This document shows, in pieces, positions 28,945 through 38,845 of a stretch of 64,000 bases of DNA. The position numbers and the translations under genes were made by a program. Positions within the stretch are counted from its first letter, which is position 1, and the number at the start of each line of letters is the position of its first letter. The DNA comes from Stygiobacter sp. RIFOXYC2_FULL_38_25 (lineage in GTDB: Bacteria > Bacteroidota > Ignavibacteria > Ignavibacteriales > Melioribacteraceae): the NCBI GenBank assembly GCA_001803165.1, contig MHAZ01000016.1:23219-87218 (forward strand), read 5' to 3'. The notes beneath the pieces are model-generated. The model was not told where the DNA came from. It saw only the letters and a program-made list of their open reading frames with translations, and did no database searches.

Positions 28945-31148
28945 TTGAAGTGTTCTACTTTCAGCTTTGTTTCAACCGCAAAGTTAACAAACCAATTAAC
29001 CAATCTTAAATTTTCTACGGCTCTAAATTTCTCCCAGTCCGCGGCAGAATTATCTATAGCCATTACGGCAAAATGTTTTGCACCGGAATAATCTTTTTTG
29101 AGTAACAAAAATTGCGAAACATCTAAAGCAATTTTTCTGGTTTCATCATCCATCGTTGTGAAATTCTTTTTCAAATCAGTTATCACCAAATCTACCTTTG
29201 CAGAGTCTAAACCGAGTAAATATGGAATTACAAAAATTGCCTTTGAGCTATAATAAGTATTGAACAATCTATTCGCCCTTACCGTTTCATTTTCGCTTAA
29301 GAAAGATTTAACTCCGGAAGAACCGTTTGTTTTCCAAATTAGTTTAATAAGCTTAACTCTGTTCGAATAGTTTTGATGTGGCTTCTGCTCTTCTACTAAA
29401 CTATAATACTTTTGCGCGTTAAGAGAATCGCCACTGAGCATGTAAGAATCTGCAAGCTGCAATTCCAAATTATAAAGGAATTGGCTGCTTCTAAAATTCT
29501 TGATTTCCTTTTCCAAAACTGAACAGCTCGTTTTATATTTTTTCTGCTTAATCAATGAAGACGAATAGCCAATTAACGAATTAGCCGACGAGGAATATTC
29601 ATAAATAGATAAATATTTTTCAGCGGCTATTGCGAAGTCCTTTTTAACATAATCATCTTTAGCTTCCTTCATATCATTAGACGCCATTCTTGGGCAAAAC
29701 TTTTTGAAAATTGTTTGTCCGCCAAAATAAAGCTGTGCTTGATGACTTCTGTTTTTAAAAGCGCTATCGGCAAGCTGCACTTCAAACTGTTTAGAAAGAG
29801 AGTTCAGATTCTCTCCCATCACATTTTCGAAATCCAAATCACCATAAAGCTGAATAACTTTCTTTGCGCCATAGCTTTCTGCTAGAAACTCTAGAAATGC
29901 GCCGGAATAAATGTAAGCAAGAGATGAATAACTTGTAAAAAACTTGCCGGAGTTAAACAAATTTTCCAATTGGACTTTATAGCCATTGTTATAAGCTAGC
30001 TTTGCTGCATATTGAACAGGATAATTATCAAAATCATTTTCTATCCACATGGCTAATCCTTCAATCATAGCTACGTTCAAATTACCGGCTACTTTAAAAG
30101 GAGTTACACCAAACTTTGCCGCAACAGTGTGAGCAATTTCGTGCTTCAGAGTTTGCTGATAGTTGGTATAGTTAAGAAATATTCTGTCCATCCAGGGCTT
30201 GGAAACATCGGCATTGCCGGCGCCAAATAATTCTCTCTTCTGGTGTTTATCATTAAAAATGTACGAAACTATTTTTGGAGTTTCAGTAACATCTAATCTA
30301 TTTGTTACTTGCTCGTAATAATATTCATGAAGCAGTCCAATGAATTCATACTCCGAATTCTTAGCGCTATCCCCAAGAAAAATTTCGAAATGGTCGGTTG
30401 AAATTTTTGTTTGCAACTCATCATGCAATCGTGAATCAGTTGTAGCGAATCCCAAAAGAGGTTTTAAAACGAACGACAAAGTAATGAGTAAGAGTAATCC
30501 GAAGACTATAACTACCTTCTTCATTTTAAGATAAATCTTCTTTCGTAACAGCAATAAACCCAAACCGTAAAGGATAAGATTAAACAGCTGAAACCAAATT
30601 AACTTCATATTGACGGCTACATCTTCGTCATAGATTGTCCCCGGAAAGAAACCAAACACAGGATTGTAAAAATAAACTTGCGGATAAAAATAAAGCTCCA
30701 ATAGCGAAGTAAGAAGCAGCAATACCGCAACCGAGACAAAAATCAAACGATTATATTTTTTTGATACTAACGAAGAAAGAAATCCGATAATAATTCCTAA
30801 GGCATAAGAAGGAAGCGCAATTGCAATGTAAAACGCGAGACCATCTTTTATTGGACAGCGTGAATTGAACAAACTCGAAAAAGAACCAACAATTAATGGA
30901 ATCAATACTACTGCCAGGACAGTTTTGTATTCAGAACTGAAGTAACTAAAAAAGTTGCGTTGACTTTCGGTTTTAAGTTTGCTGCATACAGTTATCCCGC
31001 CAACAAAAAAAAGAATTATGGAGTTAACCAACACAAATTCATATCCAAGTGAATTTGTTAGAGGCAAAGTAATTAAGAAAAGGTTGATCAGAATAAGAGA
31101 AGCGAAAAGGATTCCCCTCTTAACTCTAATATTGAGAGATGATAACAA
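28941..31148 (-). CDS. Multi-TM membrane protein with a periplasmic HExxH metallopeptidase (MA-like) domain and TPR-like tail
   Basis: About 7 N-terminal hydrophobic segments; LKHEIAH followed about 20 aa later by MIEGLA (gluzincin pattern); helical C-terminus. Confidence 0.65.
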   Translation of the reverse strand: MLSSLNIRVKRGILFASLILINLFLITLPLTNSLGYEFVLVNSIILFFVGGITVCSKLKTESQRNFFSYFSSEYKTVLAVVLIPLIVGSFSSLFNSRCPIKDGLAFYIAIALPSYALGIIIGFLSSLVSKKYNRLIFVSVAVLLLLTSLLELYFYPQVYFYNPVFGFFPGTIYDEDVAVNMKLIWFQLFNLILYGLGLLLLRKKIYLKMKKVVIVFGLLLLITLSFVLKPLLGFATTDSRLHDELQTKISTDHFEIFLGDSAKNSEYEFIGLLHEYYYEQVTNRLDVTETPKIVSYIFNDKHQKRELFGAGNADVSKPWMDRIFLNYTNYQQTLKHEIAHTVAAKFGVTPFKVAGNLNVAMIEGLAMWIENDFDNYPVQYAAKLAYNNGYKVQLENLFNSGKFFTSYSSLAYIYSGAFLEFLAESYGAKKVIQLYGDLDFENVMGENLNSLSKQFEVQLADSAFKNRSHQAQLYFGGQTIFKKFCPRMASNDMKEAKDDYVKKDFAIAAEKYLSIYEYSSSANSLIGYSSSLIKQKKYKTSCSVLEKEIKNFRSSQFLYNLELQLADSYMLSGDSLNAQKYYSLVEEQKPHQNYSNRVKLIKLIWKTNGSSGVKSFLSENETVRANRLFNTYYSSKAIFVIPYLLGLDSAKVDLVITDLKKNFTTMDDETRKIALDVSQFLLLKKDYSGAKHFAVMAIDNSAADWEKFRAVENLRLVNWFVNFAVETKLKVEHFK

Positions 31149-32414
31149 TTAAAATTCCGTTGTTGTTTCTCTTTGTATATCTGCGCCCAATGCCCTTAGT
31201 TTCTCTTCAATTTTTTGATAGCCGCGATCCAAATGATAAATTCTTAGTACTTCTGTTGTGCCCTCAGCAGCTAAACCGGCAAGGACTAAACATGCGCTAG
31301 CGCGTAAATCTGTGCTCATCACTTTTGCGCCACGCAAAGAATTTACACCTTTAACAATAGAACTGTTGTTGTTCACTTCAATTTTAGCACCTAAGCGGAC
31401 TAGCTCCGGAACGTGATTAAATCTATCATGATAAATTGTATCTGTAACAGTTGAGGTTCCGTTTGCCAGCGACATAAAAGAAATCCATTGAGCTTGCATA
31501 TCCGTAGGGAAACCGGGATAAACCGCTGTTGTTACATCAACACTTTGCGGATTAGAATTTGCCGCGTTTATTCTAATCGCACCATTAGATTCCCAAACTT
31601 CAATTCCGCTATCGCTCAACTTTGCCACAACAGAATCAATGTGTTCCGGTGAGCTGTATTCCAATTCAATATTACTTTTTGTAATTGCAGCTGCGCATAG
31701 CAAAGTCCCGGTTTCAATTCTATCGGAGATATTTTCGATTGAAGCAGCTTTAAGTTCATCAACTCCTTCAATTTCCAGAACCGTAGAACCTATACCGGAA
31801 ATTCTAGCGCCCATCATGTTCAAATAATCTGCAAGCTGTGTTATCTCCGGTTCCATTGCAGCATTAGAAATGTGTGTTGTACCTTTTGCCAAAACTGCCG
31901 CCATCATTGCGTTTCCTGTGGCGCCGACTGATGAAACATCAAAATGAATTTTAGCACCGTGAAGTTTATTTGCTTTTGCAATTATGTAGCCTTCTTCAAG
32001 TTCTATTTCGCCGCCCAACTTTTTCATTGCTTCAAGATGTAAATTTATTGGGCGCGGTCCCCAAGCGCATCCGCCAGGCATAGAAACTTTTGCGTATCCA
32101 TAACGGGAAAGCAGCGGACCAAGAACATAAACCGACGCGCGCATTTTCTTAACATGTTCGTAAGGAGCAAACTGACTGTTGATTCCCGTTGTGTTTAGCT
32201 TTACAACATGATCTTCAAATTCAGCCGTAACACCTAACTGCTGTAGCAATTTTATCATTGTATAAACATCATTCACTTGAGGTGTATTTGTGATTACATT
32301 AGTACCGGAATTGAGAAGTGTTGCCGGTAATAACGCCAAAACAGAATTTTTTGCACCGCTTACTTTTACTTTACCCGAAAGTTTTTTCCCGCCTTGTATA
32401 ACAAACTTATCCAC
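31149..32414 (-). CDS. murA: UDP-N-acetylglucosamine 1-carboxyvinyltransferase
   Basis: SGAKNS, MRASVYVLGPL, PGGCAWGPRP (catalytic Cys), YPGFPTDMQAQ, STDLRASA, HLDRGY. Confidence 0.97.
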   Translation of the reverse strand: MDKFVIQGGKKLSGKVKVSGAKNSVLALLPATLLNSGTNVITNTPQVNDVYTMIKLLQQLGVTAEFEDHVVKLNTTGINSQFAPYEHVKKMRASVYVLGPLLSRYGYAKVSMPGGCAWGPRPINLHLEAMKKLGGEIELEEGYIIAKANKLHGAKIHFDVSSVGATGNAMMAAVLAKGTTHISNAAMEPEITQLADYLNMMGARISGIGSTVLEIEGVDELKAASIENISDRIETGTLLCAAAITKSNIELEYSSPEHIDSVVAKLSDSGIEVWESNGAIRINAANSNPQSVDVTTAVYPGFPTDMQAQWISFMSLANGTSTVTDTIYHDRFNHVPELVRLGAKIEVNNNSSIVKGVNSLRGAKVMSTDLRASACLVLAGLAAEGTTEVLRIYHLDRGYQKIEEKLRALGADIQRETTTEF

Positions 32415-32425
32415 TGCCGCTCCAA

Positions 32426-34342
32426 TTATTGGATTCTATAAATCATTCCATTGATGCCAACCAAAAATATTTTTCCATAAGAGCTAACTGCAATTCCATT
32501 AAGGTTAGAATAAATTCTGGAATCAACTACATTCCATGTTTCGCCCTTGTCTTTCGAAACCAATATCACACCTTTGCTTCCAATGATAATGCTGTAGTCC
32601 TCATTAATAAACTTAACTTTCTGGAAACCCCCGGAAAATTTTATATCCAGCTTTTCCCAGCTATTGCCAAAGTTTGATGTGCGTAGAATTGTTCCATCGC
32701 CGCCAACAATTAAACCGTAACCATTGCTCGTAAGATCTATTGATTTCAAATAATTATTGTCTAGAGAACTTTCATCAAGCTTGACTTTGTACCAGCTATC
32801 GCCGCTATTAGTTGTAGCTAAAATTGTTTCGTTCCAACCAACAGCAAATCCTTTTTTCTCATTGAAAAATGAAACATCAAACAAAATTTCTTTAGTACTT
32901 GTTTTGGTTTTTGTCCAACTATATCCGCCATCAAGCGATTTAAGAATAACTCCCTTGTTTCCGGTAACAAATCCCGTCTGCTCATTGAAGAATTTTACAC
33001 GGAAAAATGTATTCCCTTTCGCTTGGGGTATCTGGATTAAGGAATCGAGATTGCTAACCCCGAAGTAGATTGAAGAAGAATCGCCAACAACTACCGCATT
33101 GCCGTTACGCATTAAGAAAACATCGCTTAGGTTCACTTTGCGGTTAGTTAATTTCTTTGACCAGGTATCGCCGCCATCTGTAGAAGTTAGTATTGTGCTG
33201 GAATCGCCAACTACTGCTGCAAAACTTACATCTGATGCAAAAGAAATTGAGTTCAGATTAGCTATTACTCCGCTTGATGCTCTGGTAATTTCCGAAAGTT
33301 TCATCTTCTTACTATCAGATTCAAACAAAGTTTGAATGCTGTATTTCTTAAATTTTTCGAGTTCGTTACTGTTTAGAATAGCAGAAACTTGGTTGATTAC
33401 AAAATACATCAGTACAATGAGAAATATGCCTGCACCAATAAATGTAGATGCGGCAAAGAACTTATATTTTTTAGATCTCTCCGGCACTTTTTCAAAGTAG
33501 CTTGTCTGTATTTTAGAGAGCTGCTTATCAACTTCCAAAACTTCCGCATACATTTCTTCGCAGTTGGCGTATCTGGCGTTTGGATCTTTCTGCAAAGCTT
33601 TAGTAATAATCTTTTCTAATTTCTCAGGTAAGCCGGTAACACGTTCGCTTATCTTAGGAATAGTTTTTTTAAGGTGACCGTCCATCACCTCATATTCACT
33701 TGAAAAATCAAACGGCGGCTGACCAACAATCATTTCATAAATTGTGCAGCCGATGGAATAAATATCACTCCGGTTGGTAACATCATGCCCGCGTATCTGT
33801 TCCGGACTCATATAATAAACCGTTCCAACTTTGGAACCGGTTTTGGTCATGTTATTATCAACTAAAGATTTCGAAATTCCGAAATCCATTATCTTGGTAA
33901 TGCCTTCTTTGTTTAAGATGATGTTCGAAGGTTTTATATCTCTGTGAATAAATCCTCTTTGATGAGCGTAACCAATTCCTTGAAGAAGGTGTTTTAGAAT
34001 GTAAACAACATCTTGCAGATTAAACCTTCCTTGCCGGTCTATAACTTTTTCTAGACTCTCACCTTCAACATATTCCATCACAATACCAAGAAGGTTTGAG
34101 TATTCTATAAATCCGTAAACACCAACAATGTTCGGATGCGTAAGCTTAGCCTGGTTTTTAGCTTCGCGCTTAAAACGTTCAACAAAACGTTCTTTATCTA
34201 GAACTGAAGAACTAAGAAGTTTAATAGCAACGTAACGGTCAAGTCTGGTATCGTAAGCTTTGTAAACAATACCCATTCCTCCCTTTCCGAGGACGGAAAC
34301 GACTCTAAAGTTATCAATCACTTTCCCGATCAAGTTTTCCAT
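32426..34342 (-). CDS. Hanks-type Ser/Thr protein kinase with one TM and an extracytoplasmic YCF48/BNR-like beta-propeller
   Basis: LGKGGMGIVY, VAIK, HRDIKPSN, DFG, YMSPE; TM FFAASTFIGAGIFLIVLMYFV; repeats STDGGDTW, SLDGGYSW, TTNSGDSW, SKDKGETW. Confidence 0.9.
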   Translation of the reverse strand: MENLIGKVIDNFRVVSVLGKGGMGIVYKAYDTRLDRYVAIKLLSSSVLDKERFVERFKREAKNQAKLTHPNIVGVYGFIEYSNLLGIVMEYVEGESLEKVIDRQGRFNLQDVVYILKHLLQGIGYAHQRGFIHRDIKPSNIILNKEGITKIMDFGISKSLVDNNMTKTGSKVGTVYYMSPEQIRGHDVTNRSDIYSIGCTIYEMIVGQPPFDFSSEYEVMDGHLKKTIPKISERVTGLPEKLEKIITKALQKDPNARYANCEEMYAEVLEVDKQLSKIQTSYFEKVPERSKKYKFFAASTFIGAGIFLIVLMYFVINQVSAILNSNELEKFKKYSIQTLFESDSKKMKLSEITRASSGVIANLNSISFASDVSFAAVVGDSSTILTSTDGGDTWSKKLTNRKVNLSDVFLMRNGNAVVVGDSSSIYFGVSNLDSLIQIPQAKGNTFFRVKFFNEQTGFVTGNKGVILKSLDGGYSWTKTKTSTKEILFDVSFFNEKKGFAVGWNETILATTNSGDSWYKVKLDESSLDNNYLKSIDLTSNGYGLIVGGDGTILRTSNFGNSWEKLDIKFSGGFQKVKFINEDYSIIIGSKGVILVSKDKGETWNVVDSRIYSNLNGIAVSSYGKIFLVGINGMIYRIQ

Positions 34343-34410
34343 AAAAAGTATCGCAAAATTTTATTGCAATATAATAAATTCTATATGTGATTTAATTATA
34401 AGAGTGATTC

Positions 34411-34441
34411 TTTGATTTTATACAAACAATAACTAATTTTG
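34411..34441 (+). promoter_or_regulatory. Bacteroidetes-type -33/-7 promoter for tRNA-Leu-tig-clpP
   Basis: TTTG (34411-34414), 19-nt spacer, TAATTTTG (34434-34441; TAnnTTTG), 11 nt before the tRNA. Confidence 0.6.
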
Positions 34442-34452
34442 CGAGCCAAAAA

Positions 34453-34536
<84 letters not shown>

Positions 34537-34569
34537 TAGTCTCATTATTTCAATAAAACAGAGGAATAT

Positions 34570-35877
34570 TTGGAAGTAAAAGTAACCCAACCGAGTGGCG
34601 ATCAACAAGAAGTTGAAGTAACCTTAACCTACGAAGAAATCCAACCAGAAATTCAGCAAGCCTACAAAGAAGAAGCAAAAAAGCTTACAATTGATGGTTT
34701 TAGAAAAGGTAAAGCTCCTATGGGAATGATTAAGAAGCTTTACGGCGAATCAATTGAATACAAGGCGAGCGAAGATATTTCTTCTAAGAAGTTTTGGGAT
34801 GCCGTTGATCAAGAAGGTTTGAAACCGATTAGTACTCCTCAATTATTGGATATTGATTTTGTGCCCGGCGAAAAACTTTCTTTCAAAGTTAGATTTGAAG
34901 TTAAACCAAAAATTGAGCTTAAAGACTATACCGGAATCGAAGTTGAAAAACCAATTTTCAAATTTGAAGCCGCCGATGTTGACAAAGAAATTGACACAAT
35001 GCTTAAGCCTCACTTTACTTATGAAGAAGTTGATACGGTTGCAGATAATCAGCATAAAATTACAGTTGATTTGCAGCGCATGGATGACCAAGGAATGCCG
35101 ATGGTTGGCTCACGCAGCGAGAATATCCAAATTGATTTGAGCGATGAAAAAGTAAATCCGCAAATAAAAGAAAATGCTCTCAGCAAAAAAGTCGGCGAAG
35201 AATTTGATTTTGTTTTTACTGACGAACACTACCATGGTGAAGAACTTCATAAAGAAGAGTTCAGATACCGCGCGGATTTAATCAAAGTTGAAAAACTTAC
35301 CAAGCCGGAATTGACCGAGGAGCTAATCAAGAAAGTTTCCAGAAACAAAGCATCAAATATTGATGAATTGAAAGTTCAGATAACCAAAAACTTTGAAGAT
35401 TATTACACAAAGCAGACCGAAGAAATTGTTACAAACAGCTTATTGGATAAAGTTGTAAAGAACAACGACTTCACCGCTCCTCAAGGTTACGTTAAAACTT
35501 TGCATCAAAGAATGGTTGATGCTGAAAGAGAAAACGCTAAACGCTATAAAGCACCAAACTTTGATGAAGCTGCCGTTTCAGAATACTTTAAGCCCCGCGC
35601 CGAATGGAATGCTAAATGGCAAATCATTATGGAAGCTATAGCTGAAAAAGAAAACATCAAAGTTGAAGACTCTGAGTTGGAAGAATTAGCTAACAAGGAA
35701 GCTGAACAAACCGGAATTACGGTTGCTAAACTTATGAAGTATTACAAAGACACTAACCGCACAGATATATTAGTTGAAGAAAAAGTGATCAAGTTCTTGA
35801 AAGATAATGCAAAGATTACCGAAATTGATGCTGCTGAAAAAATGAAAGAGAATAAAGGACACACACATGAACACTAA
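34570..35877 (+). CDS. tig: Trigger factor
   Basis: [10 protein letters not shown] ribosome-binding motif; canonical position after tRNA-Leu and before clpP. TTG start. Confidence 0.93.
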   Translation: MEVKVTQPSGDQQEVEVTLTYEEIQPEIQQAYKEEAKKLTIDGFRKGKAPMGMIKKLYGESIEYKASEDISSKKFWDAVDQEGLKPISTPQLLDIDFVPGEKLSFKVRFEVKPKIELKDYTGIEVEKPIFKFEAADVDKEIDTMLKPHFTYEEVDTVADNQHKITVDLQRMDDQGMPMVGSRSENIQIDLSDEKVNPQIKENALSKKVGEEFDFVFTDEHYHGEELHKEEFRYRADLIKVEKLTKPELTEELIKKVSRNKASNIDELKVQITKNFEDYYTKQTEEIVTNSLLDKVVKNNDFTAPQGYVKTLHQRMVDAERENAKRYKAPNFDEAAVSEYFKPRAEWNAKWQIIMEAIAEKENIKVEDSELEELANKEAEQTGITVAKLMKYYKDTNRTDILVEEKVIKFLKDNAKITEIDAAEKMKENKGHTHEH

Positions 35878-36532
35878 AATCCGCAGTTACGAAGAATATC
35901 TTAATCAGCCGCAAATAATGAATCAGCTTGTTCCCTACGTTATTGAACAGACTGGACGCGGCGAACGTGGGATGGACATTTTCTCTCGCCTTCTCCGTGA
36001 AAGAATAATTTTTCTTGGAACTGCAGTTGATGATCACATTGCAAGCTTAATAATTGCTCAACTTTTATTCTTAGAAGCTGAAGACCCGGAAAAAGATATC
36101 AACTTGTATATCAATTCCCCCGGCGGCAGTGTTTCTGCCGGTTTAGCAATTTACGATACAATGAATTACATCAAGTCAAAAGTTTCTACAATCTGTGTAG
36201 GTATGGCAGCAAGTATGGGCGCGGTTTTATTAGCCGGCGGTGAACAAGGGAAAAGATCGGCACTTCCAAATTCCAAAATTATGATTCACCAGCCTTGGGT
36301 TGGCGGCTTGCAAGGTCAAACTACCGATATCGAAATTCACGCAAAGGAAATGATTAAAACACGCGATACACTTTATAATATTTTATCGGCTGCTACCGGT
36401 AAAACTTTCGAAGAGATTACAAAAGATTGCGACCGTGACCATTATCTATCTTCCGAGGAAGCAAAAGAATATAAACTGATTGATAATATTTTGATTCAGC
36501 GGGCGAGCCCCACGAACAATTCAAAAAAGTAA
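35867..36532 (+). CDS. clpP: ATP-dependent Clp protease proteolytic subunit
   Basis: [31 protein letters not shown] (Ser), IMIHQP (His), DRDHYLS. Confidence 0.97.
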   Translation: MNTKIRSYEEYLNQPQIMNQLVPYVIEQTGRGERGMDIFSRLLRERIIFLGTAVDDHIASLIIAQLLFLEAEDPEKDINLYINSPGGSVSAGLAIYDTMNYIKSKVSTICVGMAASMGAVLLAGGEQGKRSALPNSKIMIHQPWVGGLQGQTTDIEIHAKEMIKTRDTLYNILSAATGKTFEEITKDCDRDHYLSSEEAKEYKLIDNILIQRASPTNNSKK

Positions 36533-36542
36533 CTTATCCTTG

Positions 36543-36569
36543 AAGGGGCAACAAAGTTTGCCCCTTTTT
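36543..36569 (+). terminator. Intrinsic terminator after clpP
   Basis: AAGGGGCAA-caaagt-TTGCCCCTT-TTT. Confidence 0.8.
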
Positions 36570-36595
36570 GTTTTAACCAATCCGGAGTTATAACC

Positions 36596-38740
36596 ATGAT
36601 TATAAAAAACTATTTGTTACTTACTCTCCTTCTAACGATTTCTCTTTCCGCACAACAAAAACTTTTCACAGTTGAAGATGTTGTTATGAGCGGCGGCAGA
36701 ATGCAACAGCAAGCGTTACGTCAACTCAGTTGGATTCCCTCTAGTGATACTTATTCTTGCATTGAAGGCAGCGGGGATAAACTTGTTTTGCTTTCCTCTA
36801 CACCAAAAGTTACTAAGATTGATACGCTTCTAAAATTATCTGATTTGAATACAAAGCTTAAAGAAACAAATGAGAAAACTCTTACTTCGCTTGTACCTAC
36901 TTGGATCAACGGCGAAGAAATTACTTTCTGGAATGGAACTCAGTTCTATTCTTATAATGTGAAGTATAAAAAATTAAACAAGAATAATTCCCTTTCCGAC
37001 AAAACAGAAAACCGTACAATCGCGCCAAACAATAAGTACGTTGCATATACAATAAAGAACAATCTTTTAGTTAGTATTGATGGCAAACAAGCAGAAATTA
37101 CTTCTGACAAAGATTCCAATATTGTAAACGGTCAGTCGGTTCACAGAAATGAGTTTGGAATTAACGGTGGAATCTTTTGGTCGCCGAAGAGTAACTATGT
37201 AGCATTCTACAGAATGGATGAATCAATGGTTACAAATTATCCGTTGGTTGATGTGACTACGACGCCAGCCGTTGTCCGTAATACGAAATATCCTATGGCA
37301 GGACAGGCAAGTCATCATGTTACGGTTGGCATTTATGAAATTAAAACCGGAAAAACAGTTTGGCTGAAAACCGGTGAGCCGCTCGATCAGTATCTAACTT
37401 GCTTAACGTGGTCGCCGGATGAAAAAACTTTCTTCATTGCACATTTGAATCGCGATCAGAACCATATGGAAATGAAAAAGTATGATGTAGCTTCCGGCAA
37501 TTTGCTCAAAGTTCTTTTCGAAGAAAAAAGTGATAAGTATGTTGAACCACAACAAGATTTAACCTTCCTTCCAAATTCCAGCGATAAGTTTCTCTGGCAG
37601 TCGCAACGCGATGGGTTTAATCACCTTTACCTTTACGATACCGAAGGAAAACTCATCAAAAAAGTAACTCAAGGTAAATGGGTTGTAACCTACTTTAACG
37701 GATTTGACAAGACAGCGAAGAATATTTTTGTAACTACGACTAAAGAATCTCCGATGGAAAGACACTTGTACAAAGTGAATATCGAGAGCGGAAAGATGGA
37801 AAGGATTACAAAAGAATCCGGGACACACAATGTGAGCATTAGTTCAAGCTCTGAATTCTTTATTGATTCTTACACAAACTACACTACCCCTCGCGTTACT
37901 AATATACTTAACGCCAAATACGAAGTTGCAAAAAATCTTGTAAAGGCAGATAATCCTTACAAAGATTACAATATGCCGGTTACAAAATTGTTTACCATTA
38001 AGAACTCTGCTAACATTGATTTGTATTGTAGATTGATCCTTCCGACGAATTTTGATTCAACAAAAATATATCCGGTTATTTTTTATGTTTACGGCGGACC
38101 GCACGCTCAAGAAGTAAATAATATTTTTGGAGCAGGAAGATATTTCAACTGGTTTTATTTGATGGCTCAGAAAGGTTACATTGTTTTTACACTGGATAAC
38201 CGGGGCTCATCAAACCGTGGATTGGAATTTGAACAAGCAACTTTCCGTCGGTTAGGCACATTTGAGGTCGAAGATCAAATGACCGGAGTGAATTTCTTAA
38301 AAACTTTACCATATGTTGATCCAAACCGTTTCGGAGTATATGGATGGAGTTACGGCGGATTTATGGCAACGTCTTTAATGTTAAGAACAAATAACGCATT
38401 CAAAGTAGCGGTAGGCGGCGGTTCAGTAATTGATTGGAAGTTTTATGAGGTTATGTATGGCGAACGCTACATGGATACACCTCAAACAAATCCGGATGGA
38501 TTCAAAGAAGCGAGTTTGCTCAATTATGTTGAGAACTTGAAAGGCAAGCTTCTTTTAGTGCACGGCACTTCGGATCCTACAGTAGTTTGGCAGAACACAT
38601 TAACATTTGCTAAAAAAGCTCAAGAGCTAAACAAGCCGCTCGATTACTTCCCTTACGTTGGTCATCCTCACGGGGTCGGCGGTCGAGATGCGCTCCACCT
38701 TTACACGAAAATCACGAATTACTTTTTGGACAACCTATAA
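36596..38740 (+). CDS. Dipeptidyl peptidase IV (S9B)
   Basis: Signal peptide, DPPIV_N propeller (KYPMAG), YGGPHAQ, GWSYGG (Ser), HGTSDPTV (Asp), HPHGV (His). Confidence 0.93.
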   Translation: MIIKNYLLLTLLLTISLSAQQKLFTVEDVVMSGGRMQQQALRQLSWIPSSDTYSCIEGSGDKLVLLSSTPKVTKIDTLLKLSDLNTKLKETNEKTLTSLVPTWINGEEITFWNGTQFYSYNVKYKKLNKNNSLSDKTENRTIAPNNKYVAYTIKNNLLVSIDGKQAEITSDKDSNIVNGQSVHRNEFGINGGIFWSPKSNYVAFYRMDESMVTNYPLVDVTTTPAVVRNTKYPMAGQASHHVTVGIYEIKTGKTVWLKTGEPLDQYLTCLTWSPDEKTFFIAHLNRDQNHMEMKKYDVASGNLLKVLFEEKSDKYVEPQQDLTFLPNSSDKFLWQSQRDGFNHLYLYDTEGKLIKKVTQGKWVVTYFNGFDKTAKNIFVTTTKESPMERHLYKVNIESGKMERITKESGTHNVSISSSSEFFIDSYTNYTTPRVTNILNAKYEVAKNLVKADNPYKDYNMPVTKLFTIKNSANIDLYCRLILPTNFDSTKIYPVIFYVYGGPHAQEVNNIFGAGRYFNWFYLMAQKGYIVFTLDNRGSSNRGLEFEQATFRRLGTFEVEDQMTGVNFLKTLPYVDPNRFGVYGWSYGGFMATSLMLRTNNAFKVAVGGGSVIDWKFYEVMYGERYMDTPQTNPDGFKEASLLNYVENLKGKLLLVHGTSDPTVVWQNTLTFAKKAQELNKPLDYFPYVGHPHGVGGRDALHLYTKITNYFLDNL

Positions 38741-38744
38741 TTGA

Positions 38745-38772
38745 AAGCGGAGATTTGATTCTCCGCTTGTTT
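38745..38772 (+). terminator. Intrinsic terminator after DPP-IV
   Basis: AAGCGGAG-atttgatt-CTCCGCTT-gttt. Confidence 0.65.
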
Positions 38773-38845
38773 CAACTATTGGCTAAAATCTTTATCTTTA
38801 TTTGCGATAATAGATAATGATTCTACTCAACTATACGAGAAAAAA

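Noticed and set aside
35855-35877. His-rich tail GHTHEH of trigger factor as a metal-binding tag
   Set aside because: Largely explained by the 11-nt overlap with the clpP start; too short to support a claim.
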